A stretch of DNA of 63,220 nt, the filler included, from Lenisia limosa (taxonomy: Eukaryota > Protista > Breviatea), in assembly GCA_001655205.1 (NCBI GenBank). It is 7 parts of 7 records of this genome, joined end to end, with 100 filler letters (N's around TTAATTAATTAA, not from the genome) between each part and the next. Parts side by side here need not be neighbours in the genome. Positions count along the whole stretch, not along the records: positions 7,093 to 17,885 come from LPNZ01004609.1; positions 17,986 to 32,979 come from LPNZ01005051.1; 5 more parts are not named here. The stretch is one strand, 5' to 3'. This document shows positions 13,321 to 24,100 of this stretch, one piece after another. A program made the translations under genes and the position numbers. Numbering within the stretch: position 1 is the first letter of the stretch; every line of letters starts with the position of its first letter. The notes under the pieces were generated by a model. It was not told the origin of the DNA. It made no database searches and saw only the letters and a list, made by a program, of their open reading frames with translations.

Positions 13321-13628
13321 AAGGCGCTCATGACCTGTCTCCAAAATTGGAGCGAGAAGTAGGTCGATGAATGAAAAGGCTGGACAGTGAGCGGTGATCC
13401 CTTTCTTTTATCTTCCTTTGCGTGGAGATGCAGAATCCGAGAGAAGAAGCGTCAATGCGTGGACTCTAATGAAAAAGTAGAAGGGCTATGTTTTCTTTTT
13501 CTGTTTTTTATCCTAATACATGAACAACTTTACTTTAGTCTTAGATCCCGCGACTTAATTAACCTTTTGAGACCTTAGGATCTTTATTTTTCTTAGATAA
13601 CCGATATCCTTCCGAGCCGACTTCAAAA

Positions 13629-14875
13629 TTGACTTTCTTTCAACAAAAGGTTAGATCTGTGAGTTCAAAGTTTGGTTTTGGATTGATTACAGCTGATAAG
13701 CTGGTAATTAGCGTCTTCTTCGTTCATTTTGGGGATGATGATTTCGTCTTCTCAGCCAGGTTGGTGTCTAGACCTTCATTTTATCACCAAATCACTAATT
13801 CCTTAGAAACAGCGGAGGCTTTTCTCCAAGAAATGGGATTTTCCCCGGATGAATATCCTTCAACTGTTGCTACTCTGAGAGTTGATTGCCATCATTTTCT
13901 TTACGAATCATATGAGTCTCTTCAGCAAGAAGGATTCTCTCCTTGTAGTGCTGAGTGCTTGAAGAAGGAGGCTCTGAAGCGGTTTAAGAGGACAGAGCAG
14001 CTTAAAAAGCAGAAGAATATTCAAGGCAGTACTCCTCCTACATATCTAGAAGCCTACTCAAAATCAATGGTGGGAATTTCCTCATCGCTTTCTCTGTACT
14101 TGTACCTTCGCACCTAAAGGAGACGAAGAGATGTTTTTTTTATTTCAGAGAACGTGAAGCATATTTATGAATAGTGACTTTTTATCATTTGAACTGGATG
14201 ACTTCTAATCATTTGAACAGGATGACTTCTCACTGATCCGCGCTTCTTCATCTCTGACAAGAGGCTCGTCGAATCTAACGCAGAACTCTTTCTATAACAT
14301 GGTTGGTGCGGTCTTTTTATTGAGATTTTCTTGCCCGGTGGTGTCGTTTCTTCCCCACTGTTCTTGAATTGACTTTTCTGATCCGCCATCCTCCATCCAT
14401 TCGTTATCATCTTCATTGTTTTTTTGACCACATTATATTGTTCTTTCCTGGGTTTCTTATGAAACTGCTCTATATTCGCTTTCTAATATATGTGGGAAAA
14501 GATTGAATTATCAGGCCCGCCACCCCCCCCTAGCTATATTTGTTTTCTTGTTTTCAAACCCTCTTCACTCAGAACCAAAGGTGTCAGGGGTTATGGACAA
14601 TCGATATTTTATTGTTATCCCCAAGCGACTGACCTGGACTGGCCTTGTTTGTTTTTTGTTGTGAACAACCCTCGTGTGTTGTTTGCATAAATTTCAATTT
14701 GACCTTTCCCCCCCTATTTCACACTCCGCAGACATTTGACGATGAGGAGCTGATGACCTTCGAGGCGATTAAACACTACTTCATGGGGCACCTTCCTGAG
14801 ATTACCCCGAACGTGTTGTTTGGAGCCTGTACGAAGACCCTTTCACAAGTCAGGTCCTTCAAAGGTGCGCCTTAA
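13629..14875 (+). CDS. Uncharacterised spliced gene
   Basis: A 162-codon open frame (13629-14117) and a downstream terminal exon TFDDEELMTFEAIKHYFMGHLPEITPNVLFGACTKTLSQVRSFKGAP* after a C-rich acceptor. No recognisable family. Confidence 0.35.
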
Positions 14876-15200
14876 ACTAAATTGAATCTGCTTCGTATCG
14901 CTCTAAGAGGATCTTTCCTGGATCGCTGGATCGTTCATTTTTATGAACCCCCTTCATTTCCATTTTTGCTCCCTTTTCTAAGTTTTAAGTAAAAATATTT
15001 CTGATTATAGCAATTTTTTTTCGTCAGTGCACAAGAGTAAGATCAAATATTACAAGAAAGTGCACCAGAATAAGATCAAATATTACAAGAAGCAAAATTG
15101 GTGTGATGTGAAGAAACGGGAAGGTTCTATACCCATTTCCATTACTTTTCTTTTTCTTTTTCTTTTTTCTTTTTTGATTTTCTTCTTTTTTATTTTGCAT

Positions 15201-15255
15201 TCCGATCCGATCTGAGCTTCTGGATCGCTCAAAGAATGACTCAGATCGGATCGGA
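15201..15255. repeat. Perfect 16-bp inverted repeat (hairpin)
   Basis: TCCGATCCGATCTGAG / CTCAGATCGGATCGGA separated by a 23-nt loop. Confidence 0.8.
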
Positions 15256-15429
15256 TCGATCGGAGTGAACCACTAATCATATCATTTCACGATTGACAAA
15301 TGATAAAGCTCAATCTTCGTGTCAGGACTTATCGCGGCCAGTACAATCGGCATTGTTAATGATAATCCACATGGCTAACCAGATTGTTATCATAATATCA
15401 TCTAGTTTGTAATTGGTAACCAACCACCT

Positions 15430-17712
15430 CAGATCTGCTCCTCTTCAGTCCCACTAAGACCTCATACAAACTCTTTTTCCCTGCCGCCCGTCCCCTCCCC
15501 GACTCCTCCCTCGTTTCTGCCGTGGGGGGGGGGGGGGTAANNNNNNNNNNNNNNNNNNNNNNNNNNNNNNNNNNNNNNNNNNNNNNNNNNNNNNNNNNNN
15601 NNNNNNNNNNNNNNNNNNNNNNNNNNNNNNNNNNNNNNNNNNNNNNNNNNNNNNNNNNNNNNNNNNNNNNNNNNNNNNNNNNNNNNNNNNNNNNNNNNNN
15701 ATCCCCATCGCCACCATCGACAGTAACATTTCCCAAGTCTTCCCTATCAACACTAACCGGTATTGAGGGCTTCGCTTTCCGTCACAATCGTCACGCAATT
15801 CCTGGATATGATACTTTTTTCGGAGCAAAAAACACCTCAAATATAAATATAATCTCGAAATACAAGAAATATTCAAGGGACACCATAAATACAAATTACC
15901 ATGTAATGCTGCGCCTTAATGTGGGGTATATCAAGGGCTTCACTTCGGTTCGAAAAAGACCAGTTTAATATCGATAGTTTTCGAGGATTTATCGAGAAAT
16001 TCAGTCTTTTTTGGGACCGAGGGAAGCCCTAGGTATGTATATCTGTATTGTTTGTATTTGTCTTTCCTTTTAATTTGTTGATACACAACATTTTTCTTTT
16101 ACAATAAAACTTCAACTTTTTGCCCCTGTTTTTTTATTAAACAATTCTGCCTCATTTTCCTTGAGTTTCTTTCTTGATTTCCCCCCTTTCTAATTTTTTT
16201 CAGGCCAGTTTTCCTTAATGTCTCAATGGAACCCATGCTTCAAAGGTGAATGGGTTTTTTGAACAAAATGAAAGTGAATAAGTAAATTATGACATAAAAA
16301 GACAAAAAATCTCGATAAATCCTCGAAAACTACCGATATTTCACCGGTCTTTTTTATGGCATACATCATTATATATGTAATGTACAGTGACCGGGATAAG
16401 TCTTGACCGATTCTCTTTGGGGAATCCTATGGTAAATCGGTCAAGACTTATCCCGGTCTGTGTAGATGGACTGGAATGATTTATAGAAAATATAAGGCAT
16501 TGCGCAATCCTACGTCTCAAAAAAAAGCCCGAATTTCTCCATAAATGGAAATTTTGACTTTGTCCATTTTATTAATCGTCTCACGCTTTTTAGTTTGAAC
16601 AGCTCCTTCTTCTTGCACTGGAGAGAAGCCATGCCCATTACTGCTGCCCTGTTAGGGGGGGGGGGGTATCTTACAACAGAGCAAGACACTATTGTAGTAA
16701 AATCCAGGGAAACATATGTACATTTAGGGCTTCACTTTGGTTCGAAAAAACCCTGTAAATATCGTTTTTCGAACAGAAGTGAAGCCCTTGTTGAAATGAT
16801 CGCTGATTATACAGATGTTCCTCACAACCCCCCCTCCCCAGAGTTGACATGATCGCGGATCACATGTTCCTTCCACGTTCCGTTGGGATCCAGGCAGCCT
16901 CACTCTTCTTCCAAGCTGGAGTGGTGGGCCTATCTTTCCGGCTTTTCTGTTGTTCTCTCCCTTTTCTTTTGTTGTTCTTTCTTATAGTAATATATAGTAT
17001 AGCTATATGATATAGTATATATGATATATAGTTTCCTCTGTGCGCTTTATGTGCTTTTTGTGTACGTATTTCGAAGTTATCACCATTATTATTTTATTTT
17101 GTTTTTTAAAATTTTCCATTCTTCACTAGATCTTCACGCCAATATTCATCGAAATTTCCTTCGTTTACCCCCCCCCCCCACCTCAGGAGCCCGAAGCCAC
17201 GCTCATCCAGCACCTNNNNNNNNNNNNNNNNNNNNNNNNNNNNNNNNNNNNNNNNNNNNNNNNNNNNNNNNNNNNNNNNNNNNNNNNNNNNNNNNNNNNN
17301 NNNNNNNNNNNNNNNNNNNNNNNNNNNNNNNNNNNNNNNNNNNNNNNNNNNNNNNNNNNNNTTTCTTCTTCCTTTCTATTTATTGTGTTCTTATTCCTCT
17401 TAATAGTGTGCTCTCTCGTCCTCTTATTAGTATGCTCTTTCGTCCTCTTATTTATTGAGCTCTCTGTTCCTCTTTTATTGTGTTCTTTCTTCCTCTTTTA
17501 TTGTGTTTTTATTCCTCTTTGACTATTTTAGAGCCGAAAATCGTGAAGGGCAAGTGCATGGTAGGCGCCAGCGATCTTTTTTATTGAGTCACGTCGCTTC
17601 TTATACCCGTAGAACGGAATCAACCCCATCGAAGCGGTGTTCACGATGCCGGAAGTCAAGACCCCCCTCTTCTACCTTCCCGTCTTCGACCCCAGTTCGG
17701 TCTGCTTGGGTG
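15430..17712 (+). CDS. Uncharacterised multi-exon gene fragment (weak resemblance to pectinacetylesterase/Notum hydrolases)
   Basis: Exons with C-ending codons and GT/AG bounds: DLLLFSPTKTSYKLFFPAARPLPDSSLVSA; VDMIADHMFLPRSVGIQAASLFFQAGV; EPKIVKGKCM-NGINPIEAVFTMPEVKTPLFYLPVFD. No GxSxG motif was seen. Confidence 0.4.
15934..16031. mobile_element. MITE family 1, full length (hybrid A/B ends)
   Basis: AGGGCTTCACTTCGGTTCGAAAAAGAC...GTCTTTTTTGGGACCGAGGGAAGCCCTA. Confidence 0.85.
16383..16464. mobile_element. Hairpin MITE family 2 (Tc1/mariner-like TA-CAGTG end)
   Basis: 24-bp perfect inverted repeat GACCGGGATAAGTCTTGACCGATT, TA at both outer ends. Related copies at 15291-15344, 55974-56050 and 61404-61445. 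Confidence 0.7.
16725..16788. mobile_element. MITE family 1, internally deleted
   Basis: TAGGGCTTCACTTTGGTTCGAAAAA...TTTTTCGAACAGAAGTGAAGCCCT. Confidence 0.8.
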
Positions 17713-17885
17713 GTTGTTATGGCTATATATTATTTTATTGTATCATATGATATGAAATACTCTTTGTCGGGCCATAGGGAAGCCTTAGTTTTGTACAACC
17801 TTGGTTTAATATTATTGAATATGATATGAAATGAAATGCTACATGTAGTAAATACTGTATGACACGGCTACTTTCTTTCAAATAC

Positions 17886-17985
17886 NNNNNNNNNNNNNNN
17901 NNNNNNNNNNNNNNNNNNNNNNNNNNNNNTTAATTAATTAANNNNNNNNNNNNNNNNNNNNNNNNNNNNNNNNNNNNNNNNNNNN
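17886..17985. other. Artificial scaffold linker
   Basis: 44 N + TTAATTAATTAA + 44 N. Confidence 0.97.
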
Positions 17986-18154
17986 AGCGGTGGTGGGACT
18001 CTTCAAAGGCTGGCTCGGTCTTTTTTTAGTTTTTTTTTTGTCTAATTTTAGCGTTGGTTGCTCGTGTTATGCTTGTTTGTTTTTGTTTTTTTGTTTGTTG
18101 TTTCTGATTATTTGGTTCGTGATTAGTAACTTCACTTTACTCCCCCCTCCCTAG

Positions 18155-21100
18155 AACACTGGAATGACAGAGTTCCCGAAATGCATCAGCAGGCTGAGAA
18201 ATCTCAAAAGACTTAATGTTTCTGACAACCCAAGTTTGCTCTCAATCCCCTTTTTTGTTTACTACTTAGTGTTGACAGTTCCTTTTGATATAATGGTACA
18301 AATTCAAGAAGTCATATCAGTTGGGTGCCAAACCCAGCCAACAGGTTTGTTCACTCACACTCATGATTTTGCTCTAACATGGTAGCAGCACCTTTGGCTC
18401 CTCCCCCCGGTCCAGGCGGGCGTGAGCTCTTTTCACCTTCGTCCTCCACGTCATCGATCGCGCCACCCGCACTGTCGGCGTCACAACTGTCGGGCCGGGG
18501 TCCTGGAGGCCAGTCGGTGCGCCAGGTCCTCGGAATACGCCAGCGCGAAGAGGGCATTGCTGCGCGCGAAGCCTCGGCAAGTGCTATGCATGTGGCCCTT
18601 GGAGAACGCAACATGGCGCTCAACCGCATGGAAGAGGGGGTGCAGGCCGCTTTGGCTGACGTGGGGCGACGCGAGGCTGAGCTCGAGTTGAAGGAAGGGA
18701 AAATGGCCGCAAGAGAAGGCGACGTGTATCAAAGGGAAATACAAGTCAACGAAGCGTCCGTCACTGTTGAAGCGCTTAGGAGCTCTTTAGAGAAGCGTCT
18801 TTCCTCTATTGAGGCTCAGGAAGACGATGCGGAGGAGAAACTCATGGAGGCCAAGCGCATGATCGAGGAAGCCAGTCACCGCAAACTGGACATTGAGCAT
18901 GTTGAGGCCTTCGACATCATGGCGGCGGCAGCAGCCGAGGAAGCCGCGGCAACTATCATCAGTAAGCGTCTGGACGACCGAGCCATGGAGGTTGAGAGAC
19001 GGAACGCGGAAGCAAATCAAACAATGTTGGATGCACAGGAGCTTCAGAAGAGAGTCGACAATGACAATCTGGCCCTTCAGCTTGCTCTTGAGGCTCTTGA
19101 GAAGGACAAGGAGGAGGCCAGTATGAAGATCATGAATGCAGCCAAACGCGAGGGCTCACTACAGGCAAATGAGGCAGCTCTTGCTTTGGATCAAGCTGCA
19201 CTGAAGACCCAGATGGATGCTGTGACGACAATGGAAGCGTCGCTGAAGGAAAGAACGCTATTGCAAGACTCCAAGGAGGAAGAACTGAAGCGTAGGACTG
19301 CCGATCTTGAATCGCGTGAAATGGCAATTCTTCAGAAAAAGAATGACGCAGATGAGGCGTCGGACGCTGCGCGCACAGCCACGCAAGAGGCTCAAGAGTT
19401 GAGGGTGTTACTTCAGGCTGAAAGCAATGCGGTGGCGGAGACAAACAAACGGGCAAAGCAGGTTCTGGCAAGGTTTGTGGAGTACTCTGCTGTGGCGTTT
19501 ATTGGTTGGGAGAGCAAGTATTCACATTTTAGTGCGGACGCGGATAGAGCTTCTCTTGCGCAATCACGTGCACGTATGGAGGAAGCTCATGTCAACATTG
19601 TTGCCGCGAGGAAATCGGTGGAAGCAAGGGAAGTCAGCGTGTTGAGCAGAGAAGACATTTTGGACACGCAGGTATGGGGTTAAGTACTTAATGCCATCGT
19701 ATGAAAAGATGAATACATGGGCTCACCCTTTAGGAACAGGGAATTCAGCGGAGGTTGGTAGCGATGGATGAAAGGGATGCACTTTTGGCCAGGAAGCAGG
19801 CAGAACTCGAGGCCTTGGAAACGGAAGTCAAAGAAAAGCAGGTTTGCTCACATTAACAGGATTTTATATCATTTTAGTAAAGACAAAAAGATATATTTGT
19901 TTTATTCCTTCGATTAGCATCAGATTGTTATCATAGTCTTATTAGGTTGGCTGAGTTCTCAAGCTTTCAGGGGCTTTCATAGATACTACTTAAAATATAA
20001 CTCAAAATAAAAATCTAAATGGTAGTGACTTTCAATTCACGTATTATTTATTTTTCATAAGTAGTATTGTATTCTATTGTTCTAATAATTAACTACTAAT
20101 CTCTTTCCGAAATAAAATAGTTGTTAAACACACTGCTGCATTTAAAACTGTTTTTCTTTTTGTCATAGTATTGCTTGAGACAAAAAGATGACAACTCCTT
20201 TTCTGTTTCTTTTAACTCTGGTAGACAAATGCTGATAAGACGCTAAAAGAGTCTTTGATGGCGTTAGACGAACTCAAGTGCCGCTCAATTGAAGGTTCGT
20301 GGCTTCTTTCACCTGATGCTATTGTCTGCTCAGTCTACCCATCATGGTGTTACTCTCTGATTATTGTAACTGCGCAGTGTCGGAAGCGGAAGCCACGGCA
20401 GAAGAACTATTGGCCGAAGCGGAGGAGACGGTTGAGCAGAACGCTGCTGCGGAAGCCAAAATCCGACAGTCCGAAGAAGAACTGGAGGAGAGGATGAGGT
20501 CCTATCAAGAAGCAGAAAAGGAACTCGAAATGAGACTCAAGAATGTGGAAAAGCGAGAAGATGATGCAGCTAATCTTGAGCAGACCGCACAAGATAGTCT
20601 CAAAAAGGCTGAAGAACTCAATGCCCTCAACCGTCGTTTAGATGACGAGTCACGTGACCGACAATCCGAAGCCCAATCCCTCATGGCTGAGGCAGAAGCC
20701 GGGCTGGAGAAAGCCAAGACACAACAAGGCCATGCCGACCGAGACACTCAAGCTGCGGCTGACCTTATGGCCCATGCTGAGGACGAGCGCAACAATGTCG
20801 CAGCACTCTCGTCGCAACTGGTGGAGCAGCAGGCCGAAATAGCCTTGAAAGCAAGCACTTTGTCTAGTCGCGAGACTGAGCTGAACAAGTTGGCTGGCGA
20901 CTTGAATCGCAAGATGGAGGAGTGTGATGGCCGACTGATGGAGGTTCAAAAGAAGGAATGTGCAGTTGAGGACCGAGTTTGTGGGCTGAATGAGCGCAGT
21001 GAAGCCCTTGCCACCCAAGAAGGCCACATTGAATCCTCTATTGCCAGCAGCCAGAAGCAAGCGGAAGAGTCTCGGATGCAAAGCGCCGCTGCCGCACAGT

Positions 21101-24100
21101 CTCTGGTCACTGCCCAGGCCGAAGTGGCCCGGATGGAGTCTGTCAGACAGATTCTGGACAGACGCGAAGCCGCGTTAGCATTACGCGAAGCCACACACGA
21201 CGCCAGCTCCAAAGCATGTGAAGAGCTGAGTTCGGAGCTTCAGAAGAGGCAGCTGGATGTTGTGACAAGGGAGGCTGAGACGGCAGCTAAGCTTGGCGGG
21301 CTTGAGGCTCGAGAGCAACATAGTCGCGAACTCGAAGAGCTGGCTGATAGGAAAATGGCAGAATGCAACGAAAGAATGCAAGAAGTACAGAAGAATGAAG
21401 AGACACTCCGAGCGCAACTCGCTCAGTTTAGGTCTGACGAAGCTTCATTAAACCAGCGCAAGGGAGATCTTGACAAGCTAATTGCTGCTTGTCGCGAGCG
21501 CGAAGCTCAAGCCATCAAACGCAATGACGACGCCAACGCCAAATTACGCCACGCCGAGTCGGTGCTGAAGCAGAATAACGATGGCCGCGAAGAGGTCAAC
21601 AAGGCCAAGTTCGAAGCGGACCTTATTCTGAACGACGCCCGTGCGATGATGCAAGAAGCCCGGGCTGTGAAGGATGCAGCGGACCAAGACCGCCTCGATG
21701 CCGAGTCCAGAGCCCGTGCCGTTGGCGAGGCTCAGATTGAAGCTGACTCCAAGTTACACGCTGCCGAAGTGATGATGACCAATGCCAAGTCCATGAACCA
21801 ACAAGCACTGGTCCTCCGAGCCAGTAACGACGAAATGTCAGCCAAGCTGGCGAAACAGCAGGCTGAAGTGGCGCGAATGACTGTTGAGAGCAACTTGGTA
21901 CGTGGCCAGGCGGCAAAGGACAAGCAGGCAGCGAGTGAAGTCAAGGCAACAATGGTGGCTCGGATGGAGGATATCGACCGACGTGAAGCTCTGGTAATGG
22001 AAGACGAGTCCAATGCTCGGGCCATGCTATCCGAAGTTCGAGCGCGAGAAGCCGAAATCGAACCGAAGGTTCAGCAGCTGGCCATCCGCGAGGAGAACCT
22101 TCAGTCAGCTTCGGCTGAGGCCGACCATATCCGAGCCGAGGCGTCGGCATATCGAACGAAAATACAGGCCGGGCTCGCGACACAGAGACGCGGAGTGGAC
22201 AATGATCGGGTCGATCTTGACAAGCGCACCGCGGACGTGAACCGAAGAGAAGCGGCGGCGGCGGCAATGCAGGCCGAAGCCAAGGAGGCGGTTGAGGCTG
22301 CCAATGCCAAGGAAGCGGCGGCCGAAGCCCGGGTCCAGGAGGCTGAGGCTTGGAGAGCCGAGGTTGAGGACCAAGAGGCTCGGATGGCTGAGCTGAAGGA
22401 CGTGGCCGACAGGAAGTGGAACGACAGCGTCGCGCTTCAGGCTGACCTTGAAAGACAAGCCGCGAGTCTGAAGGAGCGGACGGACCGACTGAAGGCGACC
22501 GAAGCGAATATGCAGCAGCGGTTGGAGGACGTTGTTGACCGCGAGGACTGGCTGGCATCGGCAGAGGCGCGCTGCCGCACGGCTGAGGAGATGCACAACG
22601 CCACGGTTGCTGAGGAGCGGAACCGAGTGGAAGCCGAGGTCAAGGCTAAGGTGGACAAGGCCAGTGCCGAGGCCAACCGCATCACTTCGCAGGCCGACTC
22701 CCTGGTCGAGGCGTCCCGGGCTCAAACAGACGCGTTGCAGCAGCAAAGGGTCGAGCTTGAGTCCGAATTAGACGCCCTCAAGCAAACCCTCCAAGATACT
22801 CAAGACGAGTGGAACCAAGAGAAGCAGCAAGCCCAGCGTACCCTGGAGGAAGTTGACGCTAAAATGGCGCACGCGCAAGATGCCGAAAATAGAGCCATCG
22901 CCATGATGAGTGAGGCTGAGGCGGCAATGGAAGAGACTAACAAGCTAGCACGTGACCTTGATGAGAAGAAGTTGGATCTGTCCAAGGCTGCGGCCGAGCT
23001 TGAAGAAGATCGCGCTGATGTTGAGTCGTTAGAAGCCACTTATGCTGACATTGAGAACGATCTCATGGCTCGAGCCGAAGCCATTGCGCTGAGGGAGCAG
23101 AAGGCGAGTGGAAGCCTGGTAAAGGCAGATGTCCAGGCGGCCGAAGCTGCTGAGACAAAGAAAAAGGCTGAGCAGAAGGCTGCGGAGGCAACGAATCGAG
23201 TCATTGAGATGCGGCAGCAGCAGGACGAGCTCGTTGAGAGAGAAAAGGTTGTCGAGATGAAGCTTCGTGATTTGGAGGTGGAGTGGGAGGCCTTAAGAAG
23301 TAAGGAAGAAGACCTGAGCGCCTCGCGTCGCATCCTGCAAGAAGCCCAGATTACGCACGAGCAGGCTGCCGTCAACCTTGAGAAGGATGCTGAGGAGCTG
23401 CAGAGTCGGGCCACACAGGCGTGCCGTGACGAGACATCCGCAACTGATCGGCTGTCGGCAGCGGAGGCGGCGGAAGCGACTGCGAAGAAAGCCACTGAGG
23501 CTGCGGAACAGGCCTCGAAACAGCTTCTTGCACTCAAGCAGGACCTTGAAATGCTGGAGGCCTCGGCTCTTCGCACGGCGCAGGAGAAGGTCCAGGTCGA
23601 AATGGAGACCCTGCGAGCGGCCTTAGACGAGGCCGAGCACAACGCCGGCAAGTTCGAGATGATGGTCTCGGAGAGTGAGTCACGAGCCCAGACCTCGGCC
23701 ATACGTATAGCCAACCTGGAGTCGGAAATTGCCGGCCTGGAGGAATCATATACAGCGGAGAACGAGAAGGCGGCGGCACTCCAGTCAGAGGCCCAAGCCA
23801 TAGAAGATCGTCTAGCCGACACCGTGGCTCAGCTGGGACATGAGGGCGACAAGGCCATGCAGCAGGCCAAGCAGCTGCAGCAACAGGCTACCGAGATCAA
23901 TGACCTCAATGCTGAAGTAGCCGCCCTCGGACTCGAGCTCGAAGCCGCTCATGACGACGGTAACGACAACGGGAAAGTGGCACAACTCGCTCTTCAGGTG
24001 GGGGGGGGGGACTGGTTTTAAGGTGCATCTTGCATTACGTAGTTGGCCCTCACAAAGCAGATGGCCGATTTGAGAAGGGAGAACGCAGACCTTGAAGCCC

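Noticed and set aside
18379-24021. Endogenous giant-virus or bacterial insertion explaining the GC-rich long ORFs
   Set aside because: The region has multiple GT-AG introns with host-type G/C tracts and eukaryotic trafficking-like motifs, and no viral or bacterial hallmark genes.
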